Positions 19,830 to 32,926 are shown, counted from the stretch's first letter. The stretch is 64,000 nucleotides of DNA from Histomonas meleagridis 2922-C6/04-290x (GCA_020184695.1 JAANOX010000258.1:648676-712675), one strand, 5' to 3'. Program-made: numbers and translations. The notes: generated by a model not told the origin, from the sequence alone.

Positions 19830-21390
19830 ATGATGTCAGCAGCTGAAAATAATAACTTGACATGTATAAAGAAAATGGTAATCATTTGGAGAATTTTTAT
19901 GTTTTATATTAAAAATAAGTGTAAACATATGTTATTTTTGTCTCTCATTAGATGCTAACAAAAAAATTAGTAAAGATTATTTGTGTAAAAACATATTTAT
20001 TTAATGATATTATCAATACTGGTGAACAAATCATTGTTTTAGAAAATGTTGCAAATATTTGGTTCTTATATTTATTTAGCAATTCTAATTATTGTGTTTT
20101 CCAATGAATTAAAATTATATCCTAATCATTTACTGCATTGAGTTTTTTTCAACAATTCTCTAAATAAAAATAGAGTCGGCTCCAAGCATTTCATTTCTCC
20201 AAAATTAGTAATTCTATATTTTTATTCTAAAATGACTGTAATCTTTCATATCATACATAATATATATCATTTTAATGAAAGTTTTTAATGATATTTATCA
20301 ATGAATTCCAACAATAATATTCTTAAAAATCGACTAAAGATATTTAATACACCAATTACTTCGGTTTATTCAAATACAATTGTGTCAGTATTTTTCCAAA
20401 ATTTATTTTAATCAAAAAAGCATTCATCAAAAAACGAAGTTATTCCAATTGATTATATTTTTTGTTGATACAAAACAATCATATGAATAATAGATAAAAA
20501 CATTCATAATAGCTGATTTCAATGATTTATCAAATGATTATATGAATGTTACTGAACCTGTTATAATTATTAATGTTAGAGAGCTTGAAAACAATGCGTT
20601 CAGCAATTGGCCTTTCTAAATATCTGTAATAATTGGAGAATCAGTGAATACAATAAATAATGGTGCATTTGCATCATGTAAAAAAATTAAAATATGTACA
20701 ATTTCCAGAAAAAACATTGAGTGGAATTACAGATGGTGCATTTTATGAATGTATTGCATTAATTAATAATGTGATAGCATTGGTGCTAATGCATTTTCCA
20801 AATGTACAGGAATTGAAACAATAACTTTAAATGTAGGCGTACAAAAGTATTGGTTCTGATGCATTAAGAGGATGTTCAAACCTTATGAATATTTATATAC
20901 CAATTCCTGCTATTTCAATTGGAAATGCATTTTTAGAATGTACGAATCTTCAATTTATTAATGCTTCAAATGAAAATATTGAATATTAGAATTATGAAAA
21001 TGATGGCGTTTTATATGATAAAGGAATTACACAAATTATTAGTTATCCGAATATGAAAAGTAAAACATTTACAATTCCTAAATCAGTCACCCCTATTATG
21101 AATTATGCTTTTGCAAGTTGTATTAATTTAGAAAAAATTTTTATTGATGAAAATGTTCATTAATTGTGCATTTCTTAATTGTACATCAGTTGAATGTATT
21201 TATTTTAAATAATAATTTGGAGAAATTTCACCAGAAATAAAAAATGATGCATTTGTTAATTTAAATACCACATTAGTTATGACATTAGAAACATATCAAA
21301 ATGAAACATTTGGAAATATGAATGTTACTAAGGGAACAACACTTGACGAATGTCTTCCGCCAACACGCACATTCACTAATTCAAATACAT
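19830..21390 (+). pseudogene. Decayed BspA-like LRR gene, tandem paralog of 21609-22907
   Basis: Fragments NGAFASC, DGAFYEC, IGANAF, DGVLYDK...ISYP and NYAFASCINL. The C-terminal VMTLETYQNETFGNMNVTKGTTLDEC...FTNSNTF matches the neighbouring gene. Many stops and frameshifts; boundaries approximate. Confidence 0.75.
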
Positions 21391-21608
21391 TTTATTTTTA
21401 ACTTTGGCTTAATTTTATTTGTTAATATAAAATATCTAATCATAATATACATCATTTAAATCAAAGAAAAGTTTTACCTTTATTTTCATTTTGAAGACAT
21501 ATATTGTCTTTTACCAATAATTTTTAATATGAAATAATTTATGAAAGAAAACATTTGTCTTAAGTCTTAGAATAATAATTTTAGTTTTTTGTTTTATTCT
21601 ATGGATTC

Positions 21609-22907
21609 ATGAATAAGTTTCATTATTGTTTTCATCCGAAAAAAATGATTGCTATGATGTTTTGCTATCTAATAATACCCACATTTGGAATCTTTGATAA
21701 TAGTACAAAAACACTTATAATAAATAGCACGGAAGATTATAACAATGCATGGAATTATCAAAATGAAACATTATTTTTGATTATTGCTGATAATATTACT
21801 TCAATACCACCTGGTATATTTAGTGGATGGAAATATCTGTTATCTGTTAAAATTGGAAATGCAGTATCTCAAATTGGCAATAAAACATTTCATGATTGCA
21901 AAAATTTAACAAATGTTACATTTGGCCAAAATGTTAATACGGTTCGCTATGGCGCATTTAATAGCTGCAGTAGATTATCAAAAATTATTTTGAATGAAAA
22001 ATTGATTAAAATTGCTCATCATGCATTTGCTGATTGTTCATCACTTGAAAGTATTAAATTACCAAATTCGGTAACTACCATTGAAGAATTAGCATTCTTT
22101 AATTGTAAAAATTTGTCTGAAATAATTTTTGGAGAAAAGCTAACAGAAATTACCAAATTTACGTTTTTTGGATGTGGATTTAAAAACATTTCATTGCCGA
22201 ATTCAATTTCTACAATTAGAGAACATGCATTTTCTTATTGTGAGAAATTATCAGAAGTTGCTTTAGGAAATAACATTACTACAATCGAGTCTGCTGCATT
22301 TTATGATTGCAATGCTCTTAAACAAATCCAAATTCCAAATTCACTAACTGTTATCAATGAAAAAGTTTTTGGCCAATGTTCTAATTTATCAGTTGTTATT
22401 ATAGGTGAAAATGTGACTTCAATTAGGAATCTTGCATTTTATGATTGCAAATCTCTAACATGTCTTTATTATTATGGCCTTTCCCAACCTATTGTAAGCA
22501 ATAATGCATTTGATAAGGCGCCTCTCACATATGTAATGACATTAGAATCATATAATTCAACAAAATTTGGTAAATTTAATGTATCAAAAGGAACAACAAT
22601 CGAAAAATGTGGTCCATGGCCAACACATCCATTTACACAATCAAACACATTTACACAAACAAATTCATTTACACAATCAAAATCATTTGCACCAACGAAA
22701 ACATTTACTATTCAAAATACATCCTCTGTATCATCTGCAAATTCTAATATATATTCTAATTCAATCACGAATTCTAATTTATATTCTAATTCAATCACGA
22801 ATTCAAATATTACATCAAATTCATTTCCATCAAGATCTAGCTCAAAAACTATAGTACTTGGTTTTGGTGTCAGTATTTTTTCTTTGCTAATGTTGTTTTT
22901 GTTTTAA
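21609..22907 (+). CDS. BspA-like (TpLRR/LRR_5) surface protein
   Basis: Repeated xIxxxAFxxCxxLxxIxxPxSVTxI units, N-terminal hydrophobic signal, FTQSNTF and S/N-rich stalk, hydrophobic C-terminus. Confidence 0.93.
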   Translation: MNKFHYCFHPKKMIAMMFCYLIIPTFGIFDNSTKTLIINSTEDYNNAWNYQNETLFLIIADNITSIPPGIFSGWKYLLSVKIGNAVSQIGNKTFHDCKNLTNVTFGQNVNTVRYGAFNSCSRLSKIILNEKLIKIAHHAFADCSSLESIKLPNSVTTIEELAFFNCKNLSEIIFGEKLTEITKFTFFGCGFKNISLPNSISTIREHAFSYCEKLSEVALGNNITTIESAAFYDCNALKQIQIPNSLTVINEKVFGQCSNLSVVIIGENVTSIRNLAFYDCKSLTCLYYYGLSQPIVSNNAFDKAPLTYVMTLESYNSTKFGKFNVSKGTTIEKCGPWPTHPFTQSNTFTQTNSFTQSKSFAPTKTFTIQNTSSVSSANSNIYSNSITNSNLYSNSITNSNITSNSFPSRSSSKTIVLGFGVSIFSLLMLFLF

Positions 22908-23215
22908 ATTATGAGTCAAACCTCGAAACATTAATAATACTTGTGAAAATAATATTTGAAATTACTGTTTATGTGATTGTTAAGTTTAATTATTAATTAA
23001 CAAATAACTTAATAATGCCTAAAATATTTGAGATTTTTTTTCATTAAAATTGTATTCGATTTTATTATTTATGACTGTTTAAAGGTTTTTATTGCAGTAT
23101 GATGTAAAAACACGAAATGCCATTTTAGTATACCATATATTAAATGTAGATTTTTACTTTTTGATAACATCAAAATATGTAAATGGCGGGTATTTTACTC
23201 TGATCATTTTTAAAG

Positions 23216-23632
23216 ATGGCTAGGACAAAACAAACAGCTCGTAAATCTACTGGTGGTAAGACTCCACGTAAATCACTCGGTGCTAAGGCAGCTCGTAAAT
23301 CAACACCAGTTGTTGATTCACAAGGTGCAAAGAAGCAACATCGTTTCAGACCAGGTACAGTTGCTCTTCGTGAAATTCGTAAATACCAAAAGAGCACAGA
23401 TCTTTTAATCCGTAAGCTTCCATTCCAACGTCTTGTTCGTGAAATTGCATCAGGATTCCGTGGTGATCTTCGTTTCCAATCATCAGCTATTGCAGCACTT
23501 CAAGAAGCTTCTGAAGCTTATCTTGTTGGTCTCTTTGAAGATACAAACCTTTGCGCAATTCATGCAAACCGTGTTACGATTATGGAACGTGATGTTCAAC
23601 TTGCACAAAGAATTCGTGGTGAGCGTAACTAA
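23216..23632 (+). CDS. H3: Histone H3
   Basis: [15 protein letters not shown]...[36 protein letters not shown]...IRGER. Confidence 0.99.
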   Translation: MARTKQTARKSTGGKTPRKSLGAKAARKSTPVVDSQGAKKQHRFRPGTVALREIRKYQKSTDLLIRKLPFQRLVREIASGFRGDLRFQSSAIAALQEASEAYLVGLFEDTNLCAIHANRVTIMERDVQLAQRIRGERN

Positions 23633-23653
23633 GCATGATTAAATATGTATATT

Positions 23654-23677
23654 TATATATATATATATATATATATA
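23654..23677. repeat. (TA)12 microsatellite just 3' of H3
   Basis: tatatata... read directly. Confidence 0.9.
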
Positions 23678-24216
23678 GGCTGCTGTGAAAAAACTGTAGA
23701 GCTACGACAAAGTTTAAATAAATCATAAATTTTTATATAGTATTTTAGTAAATAGAAATTTTAACATATTTTCAGTCCCAAAAATATGAAACATATAAAA
23801 AATGAAAAGAAAATCGAGAAAAAAGAAATTTCCATGTTAACGTCCTCCTGAGTGAAAAATAGGAATTTCGCGAAAATCACAAATTTAGATGTAAAAAAAA
23901 ATTCATAAAATATTTTAAATTATAATAAGATTTAAACTCATAACAAGTAAGGACAGTCCTTTCTAAATTGAAGAAACATTTGCTCAACAGTTTCAGTAAT
24001 TAACAGCTGTATTGGAAATTTGCGAGATTGTGGGCTCTATTGATTTTTAACCAAAAATGAAAGAAGATTTTAAAGGAAATTGGCCACATTTTTATTACCG
24101 TTTCGATAGGGCTTTTTGAATGAACGTTGAATTTATTCTGATCGTTTTGCACAAATTTTTATTTAAAATATCTATCGTTCATTGTATGTTCTGTGTTTAC
24201 TTTTTTCACAACACCC

Positions 24217-25101
24217 TCAGCGCTTCCAGTTACCAAAGTTAAATGTTGTATTACCAAAGCCGAATCCAGTTTGCTTTTGTTCCTCTTTCTTTTCCTTTGT
24301 TGAGTTTCCAAACAGATCTGATTCCTCATTCATAGTTTCCATTTTCTTCTTTTCTTGAGCCACAAATTGTTTATATTTGATCTCTATGAGCTGTGCGCAA
24401 GTTTCTTCAGTTGTTTTTTCATATTGCCTAAACATTCTCGGATCGATCTTTAATCGTGACGCAAGTTCGTCCTGCGTGGAAGCAAGCTTTTGTTGGAGCA
24501 TTTCTACGCGCGCTGAGCACCTGAGCATAGCCTTATGTTGTTCCATGAGGAAACTGTAGTCTGGTGTTGATTGGTCGAATTGATTATCATTTGCACGCAT
24601 GTAACTGCTATAAGTGGAAAGTAACTGCGACACGTTCTCGGCCTCTTTCTCGATGTTTGTAACAAATGATTTGATGAAAGGACTTGGTAATGTCCTGAGA
24701 TGAGACGCTTCATCAAAATGTCGTTTGGCGTCAACAAGGCTTTTCTTGCTCTCTGCGTAAAGCGATTTAACACTGTCGATTCGATGCGCTAATAATGTAA
24801 GATTGTTCTCAATGACCTTATGCGTATTCTTCTCGAGAGCTTCAAATTTTGTTTGAATTTCCTCGAGATCTTCATGCATCTTCCAGTTAAATCGAATCGC
24901 ATTCTTTCCAATGTCTGATGGAACTGTGGTTTGTGGTGAACCTTCTGTTTTTGCCTTGAGAATGTCTTTGACCTTTTTCATTGACACATAAACTGATACA
25001 AACTTGTCTAAGATTTTAGAAGGCAAATTGGTTACAAGCATTTGTTCTGTCATTTCAAATTCATCTTCGGGCTCAGGTTGATTTTGTTGTTGGCCAAACA
25101 T
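24217..25101 (-). CDS. Nup58/Nup49-like nucleoporin (coiled coil with terminal FG motifs)
   Basis: Starts MFG; has NLP..ILDKF, coiled coils, LPSPFIKSFV and DPRMF; ends GFGFGNTTFNFG. This layout resembles Nup58 (inference). Confidence 0.55.
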   Translation of the reverse strand: MFGQQQNQPEPEDEFEMTEQMLVTNLPSKILDKFVSVYVSMKKVKDILKAKTEGSPQTTVPSDIGKNAIRFNWKMHEDLEEIQTKFEALEKNTHKVIENNLTLLAHRIDSVKSLYAESKKSLVDAKRHFDEASHLRTLPSPFIKSFVTNIEKEAENVSQLLSTYSSYMRANDNQFDQSTPDYSFLMEQHKAMLRCSARVEMLQQKLASTQDELASRLKIDPRMFRQYEKTTEETCAQLIEIKYKQFVAQEKKKMETMNEESDLFGNSTKEKKEEQKQTGFGFGNTTFNFGNWKR

Positions 25102-26829
25102 GTTGTGTACGGAAATTCTCAAAAATCATTCAATTTCTGAGTAAACTATTCAAAAAGTGGATAATGAAAGATAAATGATCGTCACCAAAGCGATAGAAAA
25201 GTGACTGGTAAAATTTTAGGATTTGTCGACCTGTACGGAAATTCAGAGTGGTTCCGACCAATTATTCTCACACAGACATCGAAGTAAAGTTAAAAATTTT
25301 GCTTAATGTTCATTCTTGTTATCCCCTTTTTTTGACTCTGAAGAGCTTTATTGTAAATATTTCATTAATTTATTAGAATCACTGCCAAAGCCGCTGCTTA
25401 GGTCTTTAAGTTTTTTATCTTATTTCTTTGTCCAAGCACAATATTTTCATCCATATTGATCTATTTTATGTCTTCTCTATAGAGAAGATGAGTTCAACGT
25501 AATGTCCTACGTGCTGCATACAGCATCATTATTTTTATTATGTTTTTTTCCAGAAATTCCTTATTTCGTTCGTGAAGGCTTCGAATGATGGATCTTTCAC
25601 AATTAAGTAAATAAACCTTTCAATTGAGTATGATAAACCATTCAAAATTTTCATAAAAAGTGTCATCAAGCTGTATAATTTATCCAAAATTAGTTATCCT
25701 GTTTCTGATCATTGTTTTTATGAATTCGCTTTTGAGTAACCTAACAAAGTTAACCCTTTTTGTGGCATTGATAAATTTATATATAGAACCATGATTTCTC
25801 GCTTTTATTCTTATAACACCAAATTTAACGAAAAACGCAATATTCAAATCAAGTATGAATAAAATCGACCCTTTTTTTCTTTTTCATTTACAAATATGAT
25901 TATGACGATGATTTCGTCGAAATGATATCAAAGTTTCATTGAGATTCTTCTGCTGAGTTTCGAGAAAAAGTCGTTTAAATATGCATGTATAACATATTTT
26001 CTTCTCCCGACGATTATTTTTTATCCAAAAAGTTTATAAACGGCCGAATATTTGAATGATAAATCACGTTTTCAAACCGTCGTGCAAAATACTACTTTTT
26101 CTCGAAATTCAGCAGAAGAAATCTTTAAATATTTCAAATTGATAAAATTTAGTATATATAAATGCTCATATAAAATTTTTAAGAAAGAAAAAAAGGGAGT
26201 ATCTAGGATCTTGATGATTATTTGGCATGTAAATTTATATAATAAATGTACTTTTTCTCAAAATCAATAATATTTATTTCATAAGGAACCTGATAGCATA
26301 TTTAGCAATGTTATTGTGCATATCAATATATATAAATAATCAAAAAATTATTTCATAATTTTTTGATCAAATTTCGAAATATTCAATATATATGGATAAA
26401 AGTCATATACACAAATAATCCGAATCTAGCCAAATATCACTATAAAATTTTTTTAATATTTTAAGTGTATATGCTTGAAAAAGTAATTACAAATTTTCTG
26501 AAGGGACTTCTCCATAAGTCTGAACCACTCTGGAAATTCTCAAAAATCATTCAATTTCCGAGTAAGCTATTCAATTTAAATTCCCGAATGCAAGGAAGGA
26601 AAAAGATCGAAATTTGCCTGATTTGGCTAGAAGCTACCGTCAAGGCAATCCAGCAAAGGAGAACAACATTCTACGAAGCGAGCAATCATGCCAGAGTTAT
26701 CATAAATAGGGGAAAACATCTTCCTCGAATAGTGGCAACATAAAAAGTAAGTTTAGGGACCGTTCGAAAGGCGATCAACGGTCTTGATCTACGTATCACC
26801 ATAGGAAGACAAAAAGTAGATATATTAAT

Positions 26830-28335
26830 AGCCAAATGATCACTAATATGATCTATCAAAAAATATCTATTGTCGTGATTATGTGTAGTTAGTAATATAT
26901 CATTCGTAGAAATATTATTTATACTATTTACTGTTATATTATCATTATTACTATAACTTATTGTACTTTAACCTTTTGCTTGAAAACTTAATGTACCGGT
27001 CATATAGCTCTAATCCTCCAAGTATTATAATCATTATAATCATCTTTATAATGCATATTTATATACTCACCAACTTCCATGACTCCATCAGATTTAATTG
27101 TTGCTATTGCCGGGATTTATATTGTAGAATTAGAACCTCCGCCAATACTGTTTGAAATATCTGTTAAATATATTTGCCACCAAACTTCGATCAATAGCTG
27201 AATCATCATTAATTATTTCATGTGTTTGATCTTTTAATGAAAAATCACTGATAGAATAATCATTAATGGTTTCACTAACAACGAGGTCTCTAATGGTAAC
27301 ATTATTATTATCCTCATTAATTTTTACGAATTGTTTATATAAGTCTAAAACTTTATTAATATTACTGAACATTTCAAGTATATAAGCATTTTTCATAATA
27401 TTCTTTCCGGTAAGTATATCATCAACTTCAATATTATAATTGATATACTTTAAATTTCTATCGCTACTGTCTAACGGTGATATTATAATATGATTTTATC
27501 TGTAAGTAAAAACAAAACTTTTATCCACACTATTTATTTGTAACCTACATATTCCATTTGTCAAAGTATCAGATGTTTTTGAGTGATTACTGTAAACAAC
27601 ACCATTTATATTCATTAACGCTCTAACTATATTTTCTATTTTTTCGAGCTGTAAATTTGACATTATTATATAATAGAAATGTACGAAACTGAAAATCAAT
27701 TTAACACGACTGCATCACAACTTCCAATTGAGGAAAATTATACAAATCTCGACAATGACCAATATGAAACACTTAATGAGCAGAACGGATATACCTTTCT
27801 CAACGTTGGTTAGAAAGTCCTTCACAGAATAAAGCGATAGGTAAAATAAGACTTGATATTATTCCAACAACACATGTTATATCACTACGTTTTAATATAG
27901 TGAAACCAGAAAGTGTTTCAGGAACGTTGCCATCGCCGAAGACAATGTCATTTTAAGTGATGGCACGAAATACTTTACTTGTAATATTAACAGGAATATG
28001 TAACGACTTTAATTCATTATTTACTAGTTATCGATTACAATATACTTATGACGATTGATGGATGTTATCATTATTATCTGATTATGTTGGAAGTGATGAT
28101 ACAGAATCAGTTCCCGCTAATATTTTGATATTTGATGCTGCATCTACTAATATAAATATTAAAGAATTTTTACGGTTTCTTAATTAAGATGAAACTGATA
28201 TTTATTATTTATCTAACCCTTAAAATACGAAAGTATTATGTAATGTTTGAAACGAAGAATATATCGAATTTCATGCATCATTTTCTGATTAAAAAAAAAG
28301 ATTTATCGGAATCAAAAGAAACTTTTACGAAAAGC
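26830..28335. mobile_element. Older, degenerate Maverick-like element, left remnant
   Basis: Diverged, stop-ridden homologs of the fibre-like gene 5' end (minus, 27670->26830) and of the MYKTENQF gene (plus, from 27678), cut at the AAAGC target site. Confidence 0.85.
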
Positions 28336-29147
28336 ACACACACACACACAGCGCTATGTGAGCTTCGTGCTACGCACTCGCTCCCACTCGCGCTACATAA
28401 ACTAAAGGATGAACGGCTAAAATCGATTGAATTATCATAAATCTGTTGGTTTTGATTGAAAGTAATAAAATATATTTAAATTCATGATGACATTTATATT
28501 TAAACATGCGTGAGGCATGAATCCGGCTGAGTTGTTGTTAATCCTATGTGGATTTTAGTGTTTTGTTGTTAATCCTATGCTACCTGATAACTTGATATAC
28601 CAGGTAGTTACCAGGTAATATTGCGATTAGCTAAAGGAAATTTAATATTGTTATGTGAGTTTCTCAAATCTTGTGAAATGACGTGAAAATCGTGAGTTTA
28701 CGGGAGCTGCTAACTATAACGGATGAGTTGTTGTTAATGCTATGTGGAAAGTTGTTATTAACTGAGGTTGTGAATGTAAAAAGTACTGTTTAAAATTTCG
28801 AGGGTTAACTTTAACCAAAAAGTGAACCCTCAACGAAACGGAGAAAATGAGCATTTTTTGAAGGCTTTAACGCAAAAAGTTGACGGTTGATTTATCGGAA
28901 TGAATTTAATGTTAATTCTCTGTCGAAAGTTGTAAATTCTATGTGGATTTTAGTGTTTTGAACTTAAAAAGTACCGTTAAAATTTTGAGGGTTAACTTTA
29001 ACCAAAAAGTGAACCCTCAACGAATCGGAGAAAATAAGCATTTTTTGAAGGATTTAACGCAAAAAGAATATGACAAAAAAATAAATTATTTAAACTAAGT
29101 TTTTTAATAATCCGTAATGTTTTATTAATTTTTATAACGTACTTGTA

Positions 29148-29462
29148 CTAAGCTCTATCGCTATATGAAGAAGTATTTTTTAGATTTTCTGACTGATAAA
29201 CCCAACGGAGATTTGAAACGTGATTGTTTGAACGATTGTGATCTATATGATCTATAAAAGGTTTGTCATCAGGATTTGGAATAAATTGTAACGCAACGAT
29301 ACGATGCTTAAGATATAATTTTCTGTTTAATTTACATGCAATATAACCGGTAGTTTTAATTGAAAATTCTTTAATGACTTTTTTATCATTTTTTTGAATT
29401 TCATAAGGGTATTCTGTGTTAATCTCATAATTTCGGTTTACAACGCAAGTTTTCCAACTCAT
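29148..29462 (-). pseudogene. HNH (HNH_3/NUMOD4-type) endonuclease, left-arm copy with ~200-bp internal deletion
   Basis: KHRIVALQFIPNPDDKPFIDHIDHNRSNNHVSNLRWV; lacks the sequence corresponding to 46239-46435. Confidence 0.85.
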
Positions 29463-30450
29463 ATTTTATTAAAAATAAAAAATAAAATTTTTAAAATTAG
29501 CTTTAATTTTTTATTTTGTAAAATCATCCGAAAAATGTAAATTTACTTCTGTTTCGTTGAGGGTTCAAAAAGGGTCACTTTTTATTTTTTTAACCCTCAG
29601 AAATTTTGTGTCACTTTTCGAGTGTCACTTTTTTTGTAAAGGTCGTTGGTTCGAGATACAGCACTATTGAATTTTTTATGGAACCACTTTTTTACAATTT
29701 CAAATAACATGTCTTTTCATAACATTTCCGAAAAATTCATTTCGCATAACATGTTTTTTCATTTCATATCACATGTCAGTTGATGAAAAATTAACGTTCG
29801 TTAGTGATACGTTTACGAAAAATTAACTGACGGAGAAAATGACGATGGATGAATTCGAACAACCGCTGAAAAAGTGAATTGTGAAAAATAAACTTTTTTT
29901 AACGGATTTCAAAAAATTTTTTTTAAACGTTTTCTGTTTAAAATTTAACGGAAATTAACGGACGGAGAAAATGACGGTTGAAGTTGTTGTAAAAAATATT
30001 TTGAATTATAATTTAATTTAATGGCAAATGTAAAATTTTTTGAATTGTCATTTAATTTGGTGGCAAAACGATTAATAATTAAATAGATACTGAAAATGTT
30101 GGCGGAATAGTGATTTGAATGAGTTCTGAAAAAGTTTTTAAAAGTATTGAAATCTTAAAAAAAAATCTGACACGCGTTTCTCGACACAGGAGCATTTTTT
30201 TTTCAATGTTGTAAAAAGTAAAGTATTGAATTATTTTACAATGAAAAAAATTTAGGTGGTAATTGAACGTTAAGGATGAAAAATTGGCGGGCAAAAATGA
30301 TATTTGAATGAGTTCAGAAAACAAGATTTGAATGATGTTTTCAATTAGTGTCAAACGTAAAATTTTTTGAATTGTCATTGAATTTAGTGGCAAATGTAAA
30401 AAATATTTGATGACGAATTTTATGACGGTGTTAATGACGAATAATAAAGT

Positions 30451-30520
30451 GAACGTTAAGGAAGAACGTTAGAGTTGAACGTTAAGGAAGAACGTTAGAG
30501 TTGAACGTTAAGGTAGAACG
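30451..30520 (+). repeat. 26-bp tandem repeat (~2.7 copies) rich in AACGTT palindromes; mirrored at ~44845-44915
   Basis: gaacgttaaggaagaacgttagagtt units. Confidence 0.85.
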
Positions 30521-30694
30521 AGTAAAAAAAGTACAAAAATAAAATTCAATAGGTTTGGGAATCGAACGTAAGACATTAACAAAAAACGCACTGTACGGGA
30601 ATCGAACGTAAGGCGTTCATTGAAAAAGTGAAAAACTGACATTGAAATTTTAAAATAAATTTATCTCGTTACATTATAGTTATTTTTACATGAT

Positions 30695-31190
30695 TTACAT
30701 ATCAAACGATTTCTTGTCGTTTGTATTTTCCGGAAACGTTATTTTTTCTCCTTCAAACTCTTTTGAAATTGCTATATTTTGATTACCAATATATGCATTT
30801 AATGATATAATTCTATTATCGATTTCTTCACGTTTCTCAACAAGTTCGTTTGTGATCTTCTTGACAATATCATTTCTGGCTTTCATAAATCTATTATTTA
30901 ATTCTGCAGGAGCAATATTTACAAGTTTCTTTTCATTTGTTTTAGTAAGAATGTTATCGGTAAACTTTAAATTTACTGATTCAAGAAGTTTTAAATTCTT
31001 ATCATAAAATTTAACGCCTACAAGAATATTATTATGAAGTATAGGTTTTATTTGTTGGTTTGGCTATCTTCACTGTTGTATTATGATTATATTTAAAATC
31101 AACAGCGGCGTAAGGCGTCTTGGCGGAGCAAGACTTGTCTTGCTACTTATTTTTATATTCTGATATTAAATAATCTTGGAATGAATCCAT
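30695..31190 (-). pseudogene. Conserved Maverick hypothetical protein, frameshifted left-arm copy of 44143-44673
   Basis: Same sequence as 44143-44673 with small indels near 31050-31070. Confidence 0.75.
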
Positions 31191-31230
31191 TTATTAACGG
31201 TAAAAAATTTATTTTTATAAATAAAAAATA

Positions 31231-32130
31231 ATGCGAAAAATTTCTTTAAAAGAGGTTGATAAAAAATTTGATGAGATAGAAGAATTGTTTGATAAATTAG
31301 AAAAACAGAACAAAGAAATTTTAGAAAATGCTAAGATAAAACCCATTCATGAAAAATTTTTATTTGCTCAAAACGGAATAACTGCTTTTATAGCGCCGAT
31401 GGGTTCAGGGAAATCATATCTTTACGTTAAACTTGGAGCGAAACAAGAAGTATTATTTAACGAACCGTTTTTCGAACTAATAACTATTTGTAGTACATCC
31501 TCAAAATTTGATGAAACAGTAAATACTTATAAAGAAGCAATAAAGAAAACGAAACTTGTTGCGATAAAAGATACTGATTTGTTAGACTGGATTAATAAAT
31601 ATATTCGGAGAATTTTAAAATATAATTCTATCATTAAATATATCAATTCTGATTTTAAGAAAACGGATGAAGAAGTAGAAAGATTATTTATGAAATATAA
31701 TTTGAATAACTCAAAGAAGAAATTAAAATACATTTCCGAGAAGTTAGCGAAGTATCAATGGAAAACTTATCCGCATAGATGTTTGTTGATATTAGATGAT
31801 TTTGCTAATCATCCTTTGCTGAGAAGTAAAGAAACGGAGATGTCAAGATTACTTAAAAAACTCAGACACTTTAATATTAACGTTATCATTTGTGTGCAAA
31901 CAACAAAAAGTATACCAAAAGATATAAAAAGAACTTTATCAGATATTGTATTATTTAATGGAATTTCAAAAGATGATTTTTATGACTTAATAAAAGAAAG
32001 TCCTGCATCAATATTTGATGTTAATAATTTATGGTCCGTTTATTCTAAACTTCAAAGTCCACACGCAACGTTTAGTATTCACATTAAAGCACGAAGAGTT
32101 ATTATAAATCAAAAAATAAAAGAATCTTAA
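31231..32130 (+). CDS. Maverick packaging ATPase (A32-like, FtsK-HerA superfamily)
   Basis: Walker A APMGSGKS, Walker B LLILDDFA, and LRHFNINVIICVQ motif followed by IP..IK. Confidence 0.9.
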   Translation: MRKISLKEVDKKFDEIEELFDKLEKQNKEILENAKIKPIHEKFLFAQNGITAFIAPMGSGKSYLYVKLGAKQEVLFNEPFFELITICSTSSKFDETVNTYKEAIKKTKLVAIKDTDLLDWINKYIRRILKYNSIIKYINSDFKKTDEEVERLFMKYNLNNSKKKLKYISEKLAKYQWKTYPHRCLLILDDFANHPLLRSKETEMSRLLKKLRHFNINVIICVQTTKSIPKDIKRTLSDIVLFNGISKDDFYDLIKESPASIFDVNNLWSVYSKLQSPHATFSIHIKARRVIINQKIKES

Positions 32131-32190
32131 GATTCGGAACGGCTCTCTGAGCCTGAGCTCCTTCGGAGCGAAACAATGTTTCATAAAAAT

Positions 32191-32926
32191 TCATTTTTGA
32201 TTTTGAATCTCACCGACAAATAAATCTTCATCCTGTATGCCTTGAACAGAAATTGTTATATACATTGGATTCAGTAAATGTACTTCGTGAAGGTTTGCGT
32301 CAACGAGTGTCAACTGTATATGTGACAAATCATTAGAATTTATGTCAATTTCAAAATCAGCGTTTGATACAATAATCGGAAAATTTGCCGAAAAAGAGTT
32401 ATTGATTCTAAGAACGATTTTTGAAATGTTAATGGTTTCGTTTAAATTTCTATAAGAACTTTTTCCAACATTCGACAAAAGATATAATACTGGAGTTGAT
32501 AAAGTATTTCCGACTGATTCAGCGAATATTTCAAAGGATCCTTTGGGATCCCCGGCGCCAGAGCGCCATGTATCTGTACCATTAAGGCTCTCAGAGCCGG
32601 GTGCAGGGCACCATGTTGATGGTATAGGAAGAATTTGTGAGTATAATCCTGATATTTGAATTATATTATATGAAGCATTATTTATTGTAAAGGCATTTGA
32701 AGAAGTAAATACAATTCTACCGGCTTCGTCGACTTCAGACGTAACGCCTGATTCTTGAATTAATAAAATCATCTTTCTCAATAACAACAATAGAACATTT
32801 AGTCGTTAACGATGTTACAATCATTTTTGCTTGACGTGTTGGCGGTGACGGTAAGTTTACGTCAATTCTATTGTAATGTTCAGCGTCGTAGGAAGAAATT
32901 GTATAATCAATTACTGCATTATACAT
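32191..32926 (-). pseudogene. Putative minor capsid (penton-like) protein 1, left copy with ~80-bp deletion
   Basis: MYNAVID...; C-terminal FEIDINSNDLSHIQLTLVDANLHEVHLLNPMYITISV resembles the Polinton penton C-terminus (inference). Split into track ORFs 32735-32926 and 32191-32790. Confidence 0.5.

Noticed and set aside
30079-30393. Track ORFs MPLNS... (30079-30393 and 44973-45227)
   Set aside because: They lie in an AT-rich repetitive non-coding part of the arms, differ by frameshifts between copies and have no recognisable motif.
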